Shown: one piece after another, positions 7,646 to 16,431 of the stretch
Layout of the letters: each line of letters starts with the position of its first letter
Position numbering within the stretch: position 1 is the first letter of the stretch
Assembly: GCA_919902105.1 (NCBI GenBank)
Contig: CAKKQO010000037.1
Span: 5,598 to 69,597, forward strand
DNA: 64,000 bases
Reading direction: 5' to 3'
DNA from: Omnitrophica bacterium GWA2_41_15
Lineage (GTDB): Bacteria; Omnitrophota; Gorgyraeia; Ghiorseimicrobiales; Ghiorseimicrobiaceae
The notes under the pieces: model-generated
What the model was told of the DNA's origin: nothing
Seen by the model: the letters and a program-made list of their open reading frames with translations, nothing else
The model's database searches: none
Position numbers and translations under genes: made by a program

Positions 7646-9778
7646 TTATATTTCTTGTTTTAAGCCGGCTGTTTTTTGCCATAATTCAATTACTTTGTCT
7701 ATATTTTTATTGTTAGCAAAATATTCTTCTATTTTCTTAGAGGCGGTTATTCCCATTTCTTTTGCCCTCTCTGGATTATCTATAAGATCACTAATCCTGT
7801 CCGCCATTGTCCGGTAATCCTTTTGTTCAACTATAAAACCGTTTTCCCCATCAGCGATTAAGTCTCTTGCCCCGGCAAATTTAGTTACAACAACGGCTCT
7901 ACCTGCCGCCATTGCCTCAGCCATAGCAATACAGGTTCCCTCAAATATAGAGGGCACGACATATACGTCGCATGCTGAAAGATATTGCGGTATTTTCATA
8001 TGCGGAATATTTCCAGTGAATACTACGTTATTGCTTATTTCTAACTCTAAAGCGCTTCTTTTTAAAAAATCTCCCTGGCTTCCTGAGCCGCCGATTAATA
8101 AAAGCGTGGATGGCCGGCTGTTTAGGACCAGCTTAAATGCCTTAAATAGCGTGGGGATGTCTTTCTGCTGCACAAGACGTCCAGCAAATAGGATTAATTT
8201 GTCGTACTTGCCATTTAAGTACTGTGCCCTTATATTTTGCCCATCCACCCCTTTAAACTTTGAAAGGTCGGCATTTACCGGTATAACAGATATCTTATCC
8301 TGTTTAATTCGCAGCTTATCTGCCAGTTTTTCTTTTTCGTATTTTGTGCCTACCCGTATAGTATCTGCCCTTTTTAGGATAAATTTACCTAAAATATTAA
8401 AAAATTTATTAATTTTTCTTAAATTTATCCAGTATTGATTATCGCAAAAGTCAATATGCGTCTGCACATTTAAAGGTATTTTAAAGCATTTTTTGAGCAA
8501 ATAACCTATAATGCCTGTTGTAAAAGGGTCTTCTGCCGTGATAGCATTAATCTCATTACTTTTGCATATTCGGGATGCAATTTTAAACGCGTCTAAAATA
8601 AATAAACACTTATTTTTTGAATTGGTCGGATAAATATAAAGATTATCTGCCCATTGTTCTTTTTTAAGAGCTAATTCTTTAGGGGAATAGACCACTTGAT
8701 GAAAACTGCCTAAGCGCTTAGCATAGTCAAGTTGCCTTGCTCGCACGTCTCCTCTTACATTATCATCTCTTAACATGAGGTAATCTAGTCCTATGCCCAA
8801 AACATTGGGCATATCAATGTGTCTATTTTGCTGATCAGGAGATTCTCTAAATTGCTTATGCAGATTTACCCCGTATTTGACACCTTTTATAAAATATATG
8901 AATGTTTGTGTATCGCCTTTTAACAGTGCGCTTATGCATCTCATCAGCCATCCGCAAGATAACCAGATAAAAGAAAGCCAAGCAGTGATGCTATGGGAAA
9001 AGTTTTTTAGGAATATATATGTCCAGCTGGAAGCCTCTAAGAAGATACATCTTTGTCTCGTGTGAGGGTTCCGTTCATTTCCTTCTGGGTTATGGATTAG
9101 CCGTGCTCTTGTCGTAATCGCTAAAGGATGTTTTTTAGCAATCCTTAAGCTTAAATCTATATCTTCTCCAAAAGAATATCCGTCCATAATTTTATCAAAG
9201 GTATCATCAAATTTTTCTAAGGTAATAACCTCTCTTTTGTATGAAGAACAGCCGCCGGATAACTTATTCGTGTATATGGGGTTGTGGTATTTATTAAAAT
9301 CTGCGAATATCTTTTTGCGATTATCACGAAAAATTCCCAAGCAGAAAATTTCGTTAAATATTTTAATATTGAAGTTATTGAGAGATTTCTTATTGGTAAT
9401 AACTCCCCCTACACCTGCAAGATCCGGATATTCCTTATAGGTATTAAGACTTTCTTTGATAAAATCTTTATCTAAAACCACGTCATCATCAAAGAAAAAA
9501 ATTATATCGCCTGTTGCTAATTCTATAGCCCTATTTCTTGCCTGAGCGGCCCCTGTTATTTTTGTATCAAGTATGTATTTTAAGCTAATTTTATTTTCCG
9601 CATTATTGTTATAGTTGCTGATTAGATTTTCTGCGATTAACTTAGATTCATCGTTTCTACTCTGGTCAACGATTATTACTTCATCCGGGATTTGGCTCTG
9701 GAGCAACAGACTTTTAAGCATCTCAGTTAAGTCTTTTGGGCGGTTCAGCGTGGGGAGTATTATGGATATTTTTTCCAT
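7646..9778 (-). CDS. Bifunctional glycosyltransferase: N-terminal GT2 domain plus C-terminal GT4 domain
   Basis: N-terminus ISIILPTLNRPKDLTEML...VIIVDQS is GT2-like. C-terminus EGTCIAMAEAMAAGRAVVVT...GENGFIV is GT4-like. Confidence 0.75.
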   Translation of the reverse strand: MEKISIILPTLNRPKDLTEMLKSLLLQSQIPDEVIIVDQSRNDESKLIAENLISNYNNNAENKISLKYILDTKITGAAQARNRAIELATGDIIFFFDDDVVLDKDFIKESLNTYKEYPDLAGVGGVITNKKSLNNFNIKIFNEIFCLGIFRDNRKKIFADFNKYHNPIYTNKLSGGCSSYKREVITLEKFDDTFDKIMDGYSFGEDIDLSLRIAKKHPLAITTRARLIHNPEGNERNPHTRQRCIFLEASSWTYIFLKNFSHSITAWLSFIWLSCGWLMRCISALLKGDTQTFIYFIKGVKYGVNLHKQFRESPDQQNRHIDMPNVLGIGLDYLMLRDDNVRGDVRARQLDYAKRLGSFHQVVYSPKELALKKEQWADNLYIYPTNSKNKCLFILDAFKIASRICKSNEINAITAEDPFTTGIIGYLLKKCFKIPLNVQTHIDFCDNQYWINLRKINKFFNILGKFILKRADTIRVGTKYEKEKLADKLRIKQDKISVIPVNADLSKFKGVDGQNIRAQYLNGKYDKLILFAGRLVQQKDIPTLFKAFKLVLNSRPSTLLLIGGSGSQGDFLKRSALELEISNNVVFTGNIPHMKIPQYLSACDVYVVPSIFEGTCIAMAEAMAAGRAVVVTKFAGARDLIADGENGFIVEQKDYRTMADRISDLIDNPERAKEMGITASKKIEEYFANNKNIDKVIELWQKTAGLKQEI

Positions 9779-9781
9779 TTT

Positions 9782-10783
9782 TTATTTATCTTTAAAATAC
9801 GCTTTTAATTTACGAAGCTTTATCTGCGCAGAAATCGGCAACAAGGAAGCCAATAATAATAGGTATGCAACTGATGGTAATTGGCGATAGCGTATGCTAT
9901 CTAAAAATGCATTACGTGCTTGTTTAATTTTTAAATTTCGCAGATAATGGCGCCCTAATTCCAAATAATCCAAAAAAATCTTATTTTTAATTATTTTGAT
10001 TGTTACTGAATCAATTTGTTTCATTTTGTTATTTTTTAACTCATCATTAAGTATTGCTATTCTAAGCTGTGCACCCTTGGCAATATATTGCTCATAGTTT
10101 TTCGTTAAATTACTTTGCATTGTTTTATAGCAGCTCAGAGCTTCATTTATAAATCCAACCTTGTATTTTCTAATTATGCGTATCCAGAAATCCACATCTT
10201 CGGCAATGGAAATATCAGTGCGGAACATTCCGATATCGTTAATTATATTTTTCTTAAGCATTACTGTTCCCGTCCAAATAGGCCAAATTGTGAATTTTAA
10301 ATAGTCATTATAAAAATTGGAATTAAATATTAAGCACCCGTTATCTTTGTATTCTATTGAATTATTGAGCTTATTCATAAAATTTAAGCTTTTTAATCGT
10401 GCGTTTCTGGAATTAGCGTTTTCACAGATATAATCTGTGAAGAGCATATCCAAATTGCTATATTTTTCAAGAAAATCTACCCTTTTAAGCAAGCTATTTT
10501 CCAGTAGAACGTCATCTGAGTCAAGAAAGCATATATATTTACCTTGGGCTTGGTTTATGCCGGTATTTCTTGCCGCGCCCGGCCCTTGATTTTCCTGATA
10601 AATGTATTTTATTAATCCCTTTTCGATATAAGGCGATAAAGCATCTTTTGTATTATCTGTAGAGCCGTCATCAACTACGATAATTTCATAATCTTTGAAT
10701 GATTGGTTTAAAATGCTCTCAATCGCCTCATTAATGTATTTAGCGCAGTTATAGGTTGGAACAATTATGCTTAGTTTGGTCAT
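9782..10783 (-). CDS. GT2 family glycosyltransferase
   Basis: LSIIVPTYNCAKYINEAIESILNQSFKDYEIIVVDDGSTDNT. Its first roughly 25 codons are duplicated at 12231-12313 and 13278-13334. Confidence 0.8.
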   Translation of the reverse strand: MTKLSIIVPTYNCAKYINEAIESILNQSFKDYEIIVVDDGSTDNTKDALSPYIEKGLIKYIYQENQGPGAARNTGINQAQGKYICFLDSDDVLLENSLLKRVDFLEKYSNLDMLFTDYICENANSRNARLKSLNFMNKLNNSIEYKDNGCLIFNSNFYNDYLKFTIWPIWTGTVMLKKNIINDIGMFRTDISIAEDVDFWIRIIRKYKVGFINEALSCYKTMQSNLTKNYEQYIAKGAQLRIAILNDELKNNKMKQIDSVTIKIIKNKIFLDYLELGRHYLRNLKIKQARNAFLDSIRYRQLPSVAYLLLLASLLPISAQIKLRKLKAYFKDK

Positions 10784-11415
10784 TCTTTTATCTGAGATTC
10801 AAGAATGCGCTCTAATTTTTTGTTTACGCAAAGGCGAATCTTAGGATCATTTATTGCTCTTACCCACTCTTTTGCCTTTTTGAAACTAAACTTTTTTGAG
10901 AAATGTAGTTCTGGAAAGTAGCTGAACTGTTTTTTTTTGCGCGCCGAAACATATAGGCAATCTATAAGCGCCTTTTCTGGTTCTGCTATCAAGAATTTTC
11001 CGCTGTCTCTATACCAATTAAATCCTTTAAAAAATGATGGTGCTATCCTGTGTATGTGAAATACCCCTAATTTTGTAGCAATTGTTTTACTATGCGATAT
11101 TGAAGCCAAGGTTATCGTCTGTGGTATTTGCTCTATAATATCGTGAAGATGTAAGGCGCTTGTAAAGGAAAGATAAACGCGCTGGCTGGGAAGCAAAAAA
11201 GGTATAACTGAATAGGGACTTATTTTTTCATTACCGATATCGAGCGCCCATACTCCTCGCGATATCTTTAGGATTATTCCTTTTTTTTCAAGATGATTAA
11301 GCGTTTGGATAGAATTGGATAGCGTTTTGCCGGCTGCTGCTGCCGCTTCGCGGGTAGTAAAAACGGACCTTTTGAGCTGTTTAATCGCTGTCAAAATTGG
11401 CGTATTATTATGCAT
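10780..11415 (-). CDS. AbiEi-like antitoxin/transcriptional regulator (type IV toxin-antitoxin system)
   Basis: N-terminal winged-HTH region FTTREAAAAAGKTLSNSIQTLNHLEKKGIILKISRGVWAL is typical of AbiEi. It is adjacent to the AbiEii gene with an 8-nt overlap. Confidence 0.65.
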   Translation of the reverse strand: MHNNTPILTAIKQLKRSVFTTREAAAAAGKTLSNSIQTLNHLEKKGIILKISRGVWALDIGNEKISPYSVIPFLLPSQRVYLSFTSALHLHDIIEQIPQTITLASISHSKTIATKLGVFHIHRIAPSFFKGFNWYRDSGKFLIAEPEKALIDCLYVSARKKKQFSYFPELHFSKKFSFKKAKEWVRAINDPKIRLCVNKKLERILESQIKE

Positions 11416-12184
11416 TCCTTTTTATCTCCTCAATAAAATTTGATACTCTTATCTTGATTGCATCCCAAGCGTCTGCTTTAGCATATGCGAGCTGATCATC
11501 GGACGATAAATAAGATACTGCTGTGTCACGGAATTGATTAAAAGTTACATGAGAGACATTTTCTTTTGCTCTTATTAATAAGGATTGCCCGATTTTTTGC
11601 TTTTTACCTTCATATTGCGTGGTTAGGATATAAAGGTCAAAGACATCACGTGCCTGAATGGCAGCTCTCATAACCAATGCTTCTATTTTTTGCGCTATCG
11701 CGGAATTGATGCTGTAGTGAGGAATCAATAATGGTGGCATTTTATACGCGCGTAGAATGTTATCTGAAACCGGCTGGGTAATTGTTTCGCCTTTAAAACC
11801 ACGCCTTGAGAATTCTACTTTTGTAAATAAGTCTTCACCGGAATATGTTAAAAGATGAACCTTAAAACGTTGTGTTGTTTCAGTTTGTTTTGCTTTGGAA
11901 ATATCAGGTGGAAGTACCTTTTCTATTCCAAAAGATTTGAGCGTTTCCTGAAAAGATACCGCCGTAAGAATTTTCATAACCGTATCCTTAAGCCATTCTA
12001 CCTTTACGCCGGAGATATCTAAGTCCATATCCTCGGAATAACGAAAGCTGTTAAAGAAAAAACGCAGGTTTACCCCGCCTTTAAGCGCATAGTTCTCAGG
12101 ACTAGCTTTTTTTGTCAGCCATCTTAGGAATTCAAGGTGAAAAATTTCTCTTAATTGCAGCTGATTATAAATTGTCTGTCCCAT
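11408..12184 (-). CDS. AbiEii/AbiGii-family nucleotidyltransferase toxin (type IV toxin-antitoxin system)
   Basis: ALKGGVNLRFFF...RYSEDMDLDI matches the GGTAL...RxSxDLDF signature of PF08843. Confidence 0.75.
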   Translation of the reverse strand: MGQTIYNQLQLREIFHLEFLRWLTKKASPENYALKGGVNLRFFFNSFRYSEDMDLDISGVKVEWLKDTVMKILTAVSFQETLKSFGIEKVLPPDISKAKQTETTQRFKVHLLTYSGEDLFTKVEFSRRGFKGETITQPVSDNILRAYKMPPLLIPHYSINSAIAQKIEALVMRAAIQARDVFDLYILTTQYEGKKQKIGQSLLIRAKENVSHVTFNQFRDTAVSYLSSDDQLAYAKADAWDAIKIRVSNFIEEIKRNA

Positions 12185-12230
12185 AATATGTATTATAATT
12201 TAGTTTTAACTAAATTTCAAGATATAATTG

Positions 12231-12313
12231 GCTCAAAATGCTCTCAATCGCCTCAGGAATGTATTTAGCGCAGTTATAGGTTGGAACAATTATGCTTAGT
12301 TTGGTCATTTTAG
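12231..12313. repeat. Direct repeat copy B of the 5' end of GT2 gene 9782-10783, containing a truncated pseudo-start MTKLSIIVPTYNCAKYIPEAIESIL
   Basis: About 75 nt nearly identical (2 mismatches) to 10706-10790. Confidence 0.85.
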
Positions 12314-12334
12314 CTGGCAATATATTTTCATTTC

Positions 12335-12364
12335 TTGACATTTGTCTTCTTTGTATCGTATAAT
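12335..12364 (+). promoter_or_regulatory. Sigma-70-type promoter for mntA/hepT: TTGACA, 18-nt spacer, TATAAT
   Basis: ttgaca tttgtcttctttgtatcg tataat, followed by the RBS gaggtaaaag and the ATG at 12385. Confidence 0.6.
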
Positions 12365-12384
12365 CTATATAGTTGAGGTAAAAG

Positions 12385-12795
12385 ATGACGCCTATAAAAA
12401 TTGATAACCAAATATTTGAAAAACTTAATGTAAAACTTGTCTACCTTTTTGGTTCGCGCGCCAAGGGTAATTTCGTAAAAGAAAGCGATTTTGATATCGC
12501 CGTACTTTTTAAAAAAAAACCGTCTGACCCTTTAGCGCTGAAAGAAGTTTCGATCCTTTCGCATAAATTAAGCAAGTTTTTTCCTGCAAAAATTGATATT
12601 GTGAGCTTAAATCAATCATCGTCATTGCTTAAATATGAAGCCATAGCCTCCGGACGCCCTTTATATTGCAGCAGCGAATCCGAGCGGATTAATTTTGAGG
12701 TCTCCGTATTAAAAGAGTATATTGACGAACAGTTTATGCGTGATATATACTTTAAGGCAATGAAAAAGCGCGTTAATAAAGGAGCCTTTTCGTGA
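12385..12795 (+). CDS. mntA: MntA-type minimal nucleotidyltransferase antitoxin
   Basis: LVYLFGSRAKGNFVKESDFDIAVLF matches the GSxxxG...DxD motif. GTGA overlap with the downstream hepT. Confidence 0.75.
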   Translation: MTPIKIDNQIFEKLNVKLVYLFGSRAKGNFVKESDFDIAVLFKKKPSDPLALKEVSILSHKLSKFFPAKIDIVSLNQSSSLLKYEAIASGRPLYCSSESERINFEVSVLKEYIDEQFMRDIYFKAMKKRVNKGAFS

Positions 12796-13214
12796 TTAAT
12801 TCCGAAATAATCAAAGAACGTTTAAAAGAGATAGACGAAAACATTAAAATACTATCAGACCTGAAAAAAATGTCTTTAAAAAGTTTCATTTCTGATGTCA
12901 AAACCTGCAAGGCGGCTGAACGCTGTCTTGAGGTAAGCATACAGTGCGTTATTGATATTTGCCATCATATTATTGCCGCCAGAAATTGGCCGCGGCCAAA
13001 AGACAGCCGCGAGGCAATTATAACTATAGGTCAAAGAGGTATTATCCCCCTTACTTTTTCTAAACGTATACAGCCGATGGCCGGATTGAGAAATATTCTC
13101 GTCCATGAATATATTAAAGTTGATCCAGTTATTATTTACAAGCATCTTCGCCGCCTCGCGGATTTCCGTAAATTTCAGAAATATATCATTATTTATCTTC
13201 AAAAACACACCTAA
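12792..13214 (+). CDS. hepT: HepT (DUF86/HEPN) toxin
   Basis: The HEPN Rx4-6H motif is present as LRNILVHEY. GTG start overlapping the mntA stop. Confidence 0.75.
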   Translation: MINSEIIKERLKEIDENIKILSDLKKMSLKSFISDVKTCKAAERCLEVSIQCVIDICHHIIAARNWPRPKDSREAIITIGQRGIIPLTFSKRIQPMAGLRNILVHEYIKVDPVIIYKHLRRLADFRKFQKYIIIYLQKHT

Positions 13215-13277
13215 TTTTTTTCTATCGCTGCGGTTTATTGTTTATCGTTTTGCTTCATTTGATGACGCGTTAACATA

Positions 13278-13334
13278 AATGTACTTAGCGCAGTTATATG
13301 TGGGGACAATTATGCTTAGTTTGGTCATTTTTTA
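13278..13334. repeat. Direct repeat copy C of the GT2 5' end (MTKLSIIVPTYNCAKYI...), more diverged
   Basis: About 52 nt with 5 mismatches against 10739-10790 and 12262-12313. Confidence 0.8.
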
Positions 13335-13340
13335 TAGGGG

Positions 13341-14270
13341 TTAAATAATATTTTTTTGTATCCGCGCTGCCATTTTACCAAGGTGGCGCGCGCAGCGGCA
13401 TCCATACTTAAGCCTATCATAGCTTTTCCGGGCAAGCATAAACTTAATGCCATCTTCTATAAATGCCTTGATAAACCATAGAGGTATGCCCAGCGGGTAA
13501 TAAAATTTAACCCTTTTATCTTCAAATAAATCCCAAAGTTTTCCTCTGCGATAGAACCAGCCATAAAAATATTTTGGGGAAAGACGATTTGTCGGTATCT
13601 TGTGAAGTATTTTAATATCCGGATTATACAATCCTTTTACTCCCGCTCTTAGAAATCTACTGCAGATTTCAGTATCATGCGCATTTATCATCCTTGTATC
13701 AAAACCTCCGTAAGTATCAAATAACTTTTTTTTAAAGGCAAAATTGTTTCCAAAAAATAATCTTTGCGAATCCGATTCAAAAATTATAGGCTTATCTCCA
13801 TAGTCCAGAATACCAAGGGGGCCTAAAAAATAATCACCAAACCAATTCGGCCTGCTCTCGTTTGGCCATAAAGGCAGGGATTTACCACCTACCATGTTTA
13901 TTCCGGAGTTGTCGCCGTTAAAAGATTTCGCTATGTTAAGTAACCAATATTTATCAATGATGCAGTCATCATCAGTAAAGGCGATTACCTCGCCTTTTGC
14001 TTGCGCTATTCCTTTATTCAAAGCGTAAGGCTTTCCCTGTCTTGGTTCAAATAAATATTTTAACTTTCCATTAGATCTACTTTTATAGCTTTCTACTGTT
14101 TCTTTTGTTTTATCGTTTGAGTTGTTATCTGCAACTATTACTTCGTATTCGTAACTTCCATCGCAATCTTGTTTAACAAGACTCTCTAAAGTCTCTTTTA
14201 AGCTTTCAGAACGGTTGTAGGTTGCGATGATTACGCTGATAAAACTTCTTCTCTTTGCTATATTTGGCAT
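13341..14270 (-). CDS. GT2 family glycosyltransferase
   Basis: SVIIATYNRSESLKETLESLVKQ...VIAFTDDDCIIDKYW. Confidence 0.8.
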   Translation of the reverse strand: MPNIAKRRSFISVIIATYNRSESLKETLESLVKQDCDGSYEYEVIVADNNSNDKTKETVESYKSRSNGKLKYLFEPRQGKPYALNKGIAQAKGEVIAFTDDDCIIDKYWLLNIAKSFNGDNSGINMVGGKSLPLWPNESRPNWFGDYFLGPLGILDYGDKPIIFESDSQRLFFGNNFAFKKKLFDTYGGFDTRMINAHDTEICSRFLRAGVKGLYNPDIKILHKIPTNRLSPKYFYGWFYRRGKLWDLFEDKRVKFYYPLGIPLWFIKAFIEDGIKFMLARKSYDRLKYGCRCARHLGKMAARIQKNII

Positions 14271-15247
14271 AATATTTTACTTTCTTCATTACTTTCTAAA
14301 ACGTATTTATATCCCATAGAGGCGCATCTGCAAATTTCTCCGGAACACTTTTTAGGTGCGTCAAATAGGTTTATTTGGCCATCATACAAATTTCCCAAAT
14401 ACTGCTTATCTCCATAGCATCTGTATATGTCACCCATAGAAGTCATTATTACAAATTTACTTCCCGCGTTACAGTATCTACCTTTAAAATCGGGGAGTCC
14501 CTGAATACAAAATCTATCAAACCATATATCGGAAAGTTTTAATCTTTGTAAATTCTCATCTTGGGTAATATTCGAATTGCTATCGCTCTGGCTTCTTTCT
14601 ATGTATGATTTAATTTTTTCTTGTTCCTGCTTAGAATAGGCATTAGGATAGAGATGACTAAAAAAAGGCATTATTTTCTTAAAAAACCTTGAATCCATTA
14701 GTTTGAATCTTGTGCACATGCCTTTGAATACTTTCGGCCATAGTATTATTCCTTTTGACTTAAAGTAGTTATAATCATTTTCAAATCGGTTTATTAAATA
14801 CGGATACATCAAATATGAGGCAAATACACAAAATCCCTTTTTTTGTAAAATTTGATATTTTCCTATGAAGTCTTGTACCAGATTCAATCTTTCTCTTTCT
14901 TCGATATGCAAGCTGCAATGAATGGAACTCACCTTTTCTGGTTTAATAGTTTCAGCAAAACGGAATATATCTTTGTGGCTTAAATTTGTATTAATACTTA
15001 CAATATGTTGTCTGCATAACTTATCACATAATTTTACAAAATCAGGAACAAAAAATGGTTCTCCTCCCGTAAAACCAATCAACCAGGTTAAGCCTGTTTT
15101 ATTGAAGTTATTGACTACTTTATCAATATCTTTTGGGCCAATAAAACAACTTTTTTTATCCTTTTTATCTAAGCAATAAATACATTCAAAATTACAGAAG
15201 TCATTAATATGCCAATCTACCTCTACATCATATATATCGTAATTCAT
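14258..15247 (-). CDS. Radical SAM protein with a C-terminal SPASM-like Cys cluster
   Basis: CNFECIYC is the CxxxCxxC motif. The C-terminus carries CNAGSKF...CSGEICRC cysteines. Confidence 0.7.
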   Translation of the reverse strand: MNYDIYDVEVDWHINDFCNFECIYCLDKKDKKSCFIGPKDIDKVVNNFNKTGLTWLIGFTGGEPFFVPDFVKLCDKLCRQHIVSINTNLSHKDIFRFAETIKPEKVSSIHCSLHIEERERLNLVQDFIGKYQILQKKGFCVFASYLMYPYLINRFENDYNYFKSKGIILWPKVFKGMCTRFKLMDSRFFKKIMPFFSHLYPNAYSKQEQEKIKSYIERSQSDSNSNITQDENLQRLKLSDIWFDRFCIQGLPDFKGRYCNAGSKFVIMTSMGDIYRCYGDKQYLGNLYDGQINLFDAPKKCSGEICRCASMGYKYVLESNEESKILCQI

Positions 15248-16422
15248 TTGTGGGTCACCATTTCCTCTGTTTTCGTATTAGGCGTAAGATTGCTTAAGTG
15301 TAACTCTATATTAGGAAGCCTGGTTGCTTCATATAGCCGAGCAGAAAATGTAATTTTATCTATATTGGTTCCATCTCTCTGTGGTGATTCTAAATTTAAA
15401 TAGTTATCCATCTGTTTTTCAATCCAATATTTTAAGGATTCCTCATTATTTTTGAGACTTAAAATATTTCTAAAAATATATAAAGCATAGGCGATTTCAA
15501 AACCGAGTGGATTATATGTCCAAGTATATTTGTTTTTATTCGCTTCTTTAAGAAATTGCTCCTTTTGAATATAAATAATTATTTCTTGAATTATTTTTTT
15601 AAACCGTTTATTATCCCACCATCTCTCATCTGGAGCATTGTCATAGGCTAAAGCAAACGCATATAAATTAAAGGGCAAATAGCCAATAGAAAGCTCTTTA
15701 ATCCTGGCAGGAGAACATCTGTGTTTTAGCACCCTTTTTATATAGATTTTTAATCCGGATAATCTATTCAAAGATAAAGAATTACTAAAATATTTTGGTA
15801 TTTCATGTATTATGAGTCCCGGCTCCATAAAAAATAGATTCTTGCGGATATTCATGAAAAAATCTCTCGAACGGTGCAATAACTCTTCATTATTATTTTT
15901 TTTACCAGCGATAAGATTTATAGTAGCAAACCAGAGCTGCTGATTGAAAGTAGGATTAATGCTACCAATATTTCCATCGATATCAAGATTATGCCATAAA
16001 TGCATTTTTTCATCATATTTATGTTTTAATAGCGTATCTTCTGCCGCAGAGAGATAGTCTTTGCGTCCCAACTCTTTTCCTATAAATAGCCATGGCTCTA
16101 TTGCCCAGGCTTGGCCGATCAGGCCATTTGCCTTATCTTCGCCTTCGGATAATCTGCATAAAAATGATGCGTTGTATGGCCTTGCATCTTTAGATAAGAG
16201 ATAATCACAAGCCGATATAGCAGCTTTTAAAAATCGGAATTCTTTTGATATTTCATATGCCTTATAAAAGGCTAATGCCCAATGAGCTGTGTTTCTTACA
16301 GGCGTATCAATATCATTCCACGGCCCATTATTGCCTGCAGGCATACTCCCATCTTCTTTCTGTGTTTTTAACTGAACTTGAGCGGTTTTAAGAATAAAAT
16401 CGTACAAAAATATATTATTCAT
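15244..16422 (-). CDS. Hypothetical protein (392 aa), possibly an alpha/alpha-toroid carbohydrate-active fold
   Basis: No diagnostic motif recognised. The N-terminal roughly 35 codons are duplicated at 17863-17963. Confidence 0.3.
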   Translation of the reverse strand: MNNIFLYDFILKTAQVQLKTQKEDGSMPAGNNGPWNDIDTPVRNTAHWALAFYKAYEISKEFRFLKAAISACDYLLSKDARPYNASFLCRLSEGEDKANGLIGQAWAIEPWLFIGKELGRKDYLSAAEDTLLKHKYDEKMHLWHNLDIDGNIGSINPTFNQQLWFATINLIAGKKNNNEELLHRSRDFFMNIRKNLFFMEPGLIIHEIPKYFSNSLSLNRLSGLKIYIKRVLKHRCSPARIKELSIGYLPFNLYAFALAYDNAPDERWWDNKRFKKIIQEIIIYIQKEQFLKEANKNKYTWTYNPLGFEIAYALYIFRNILSLKNNEESLKYWIEKQMDNYLNLESPQRDGTNIDKITFSARLYEATRLPNIELHLSNLTPNTKTEEMVTHK

Positions 16423-16431
16423 ATAAAACTA

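Noticed and set aside
1250-12520. Homopolymeric A/T tracts of 8-9 nt (e.g. 1250-1258, 10930-10938, 12511-12519) as phase-variation sites
   Set aside because: The genome is AT-rich and Lys-rich, so such tracts are frequent and encode KKK runs. There is no evidence of specific enrichment.
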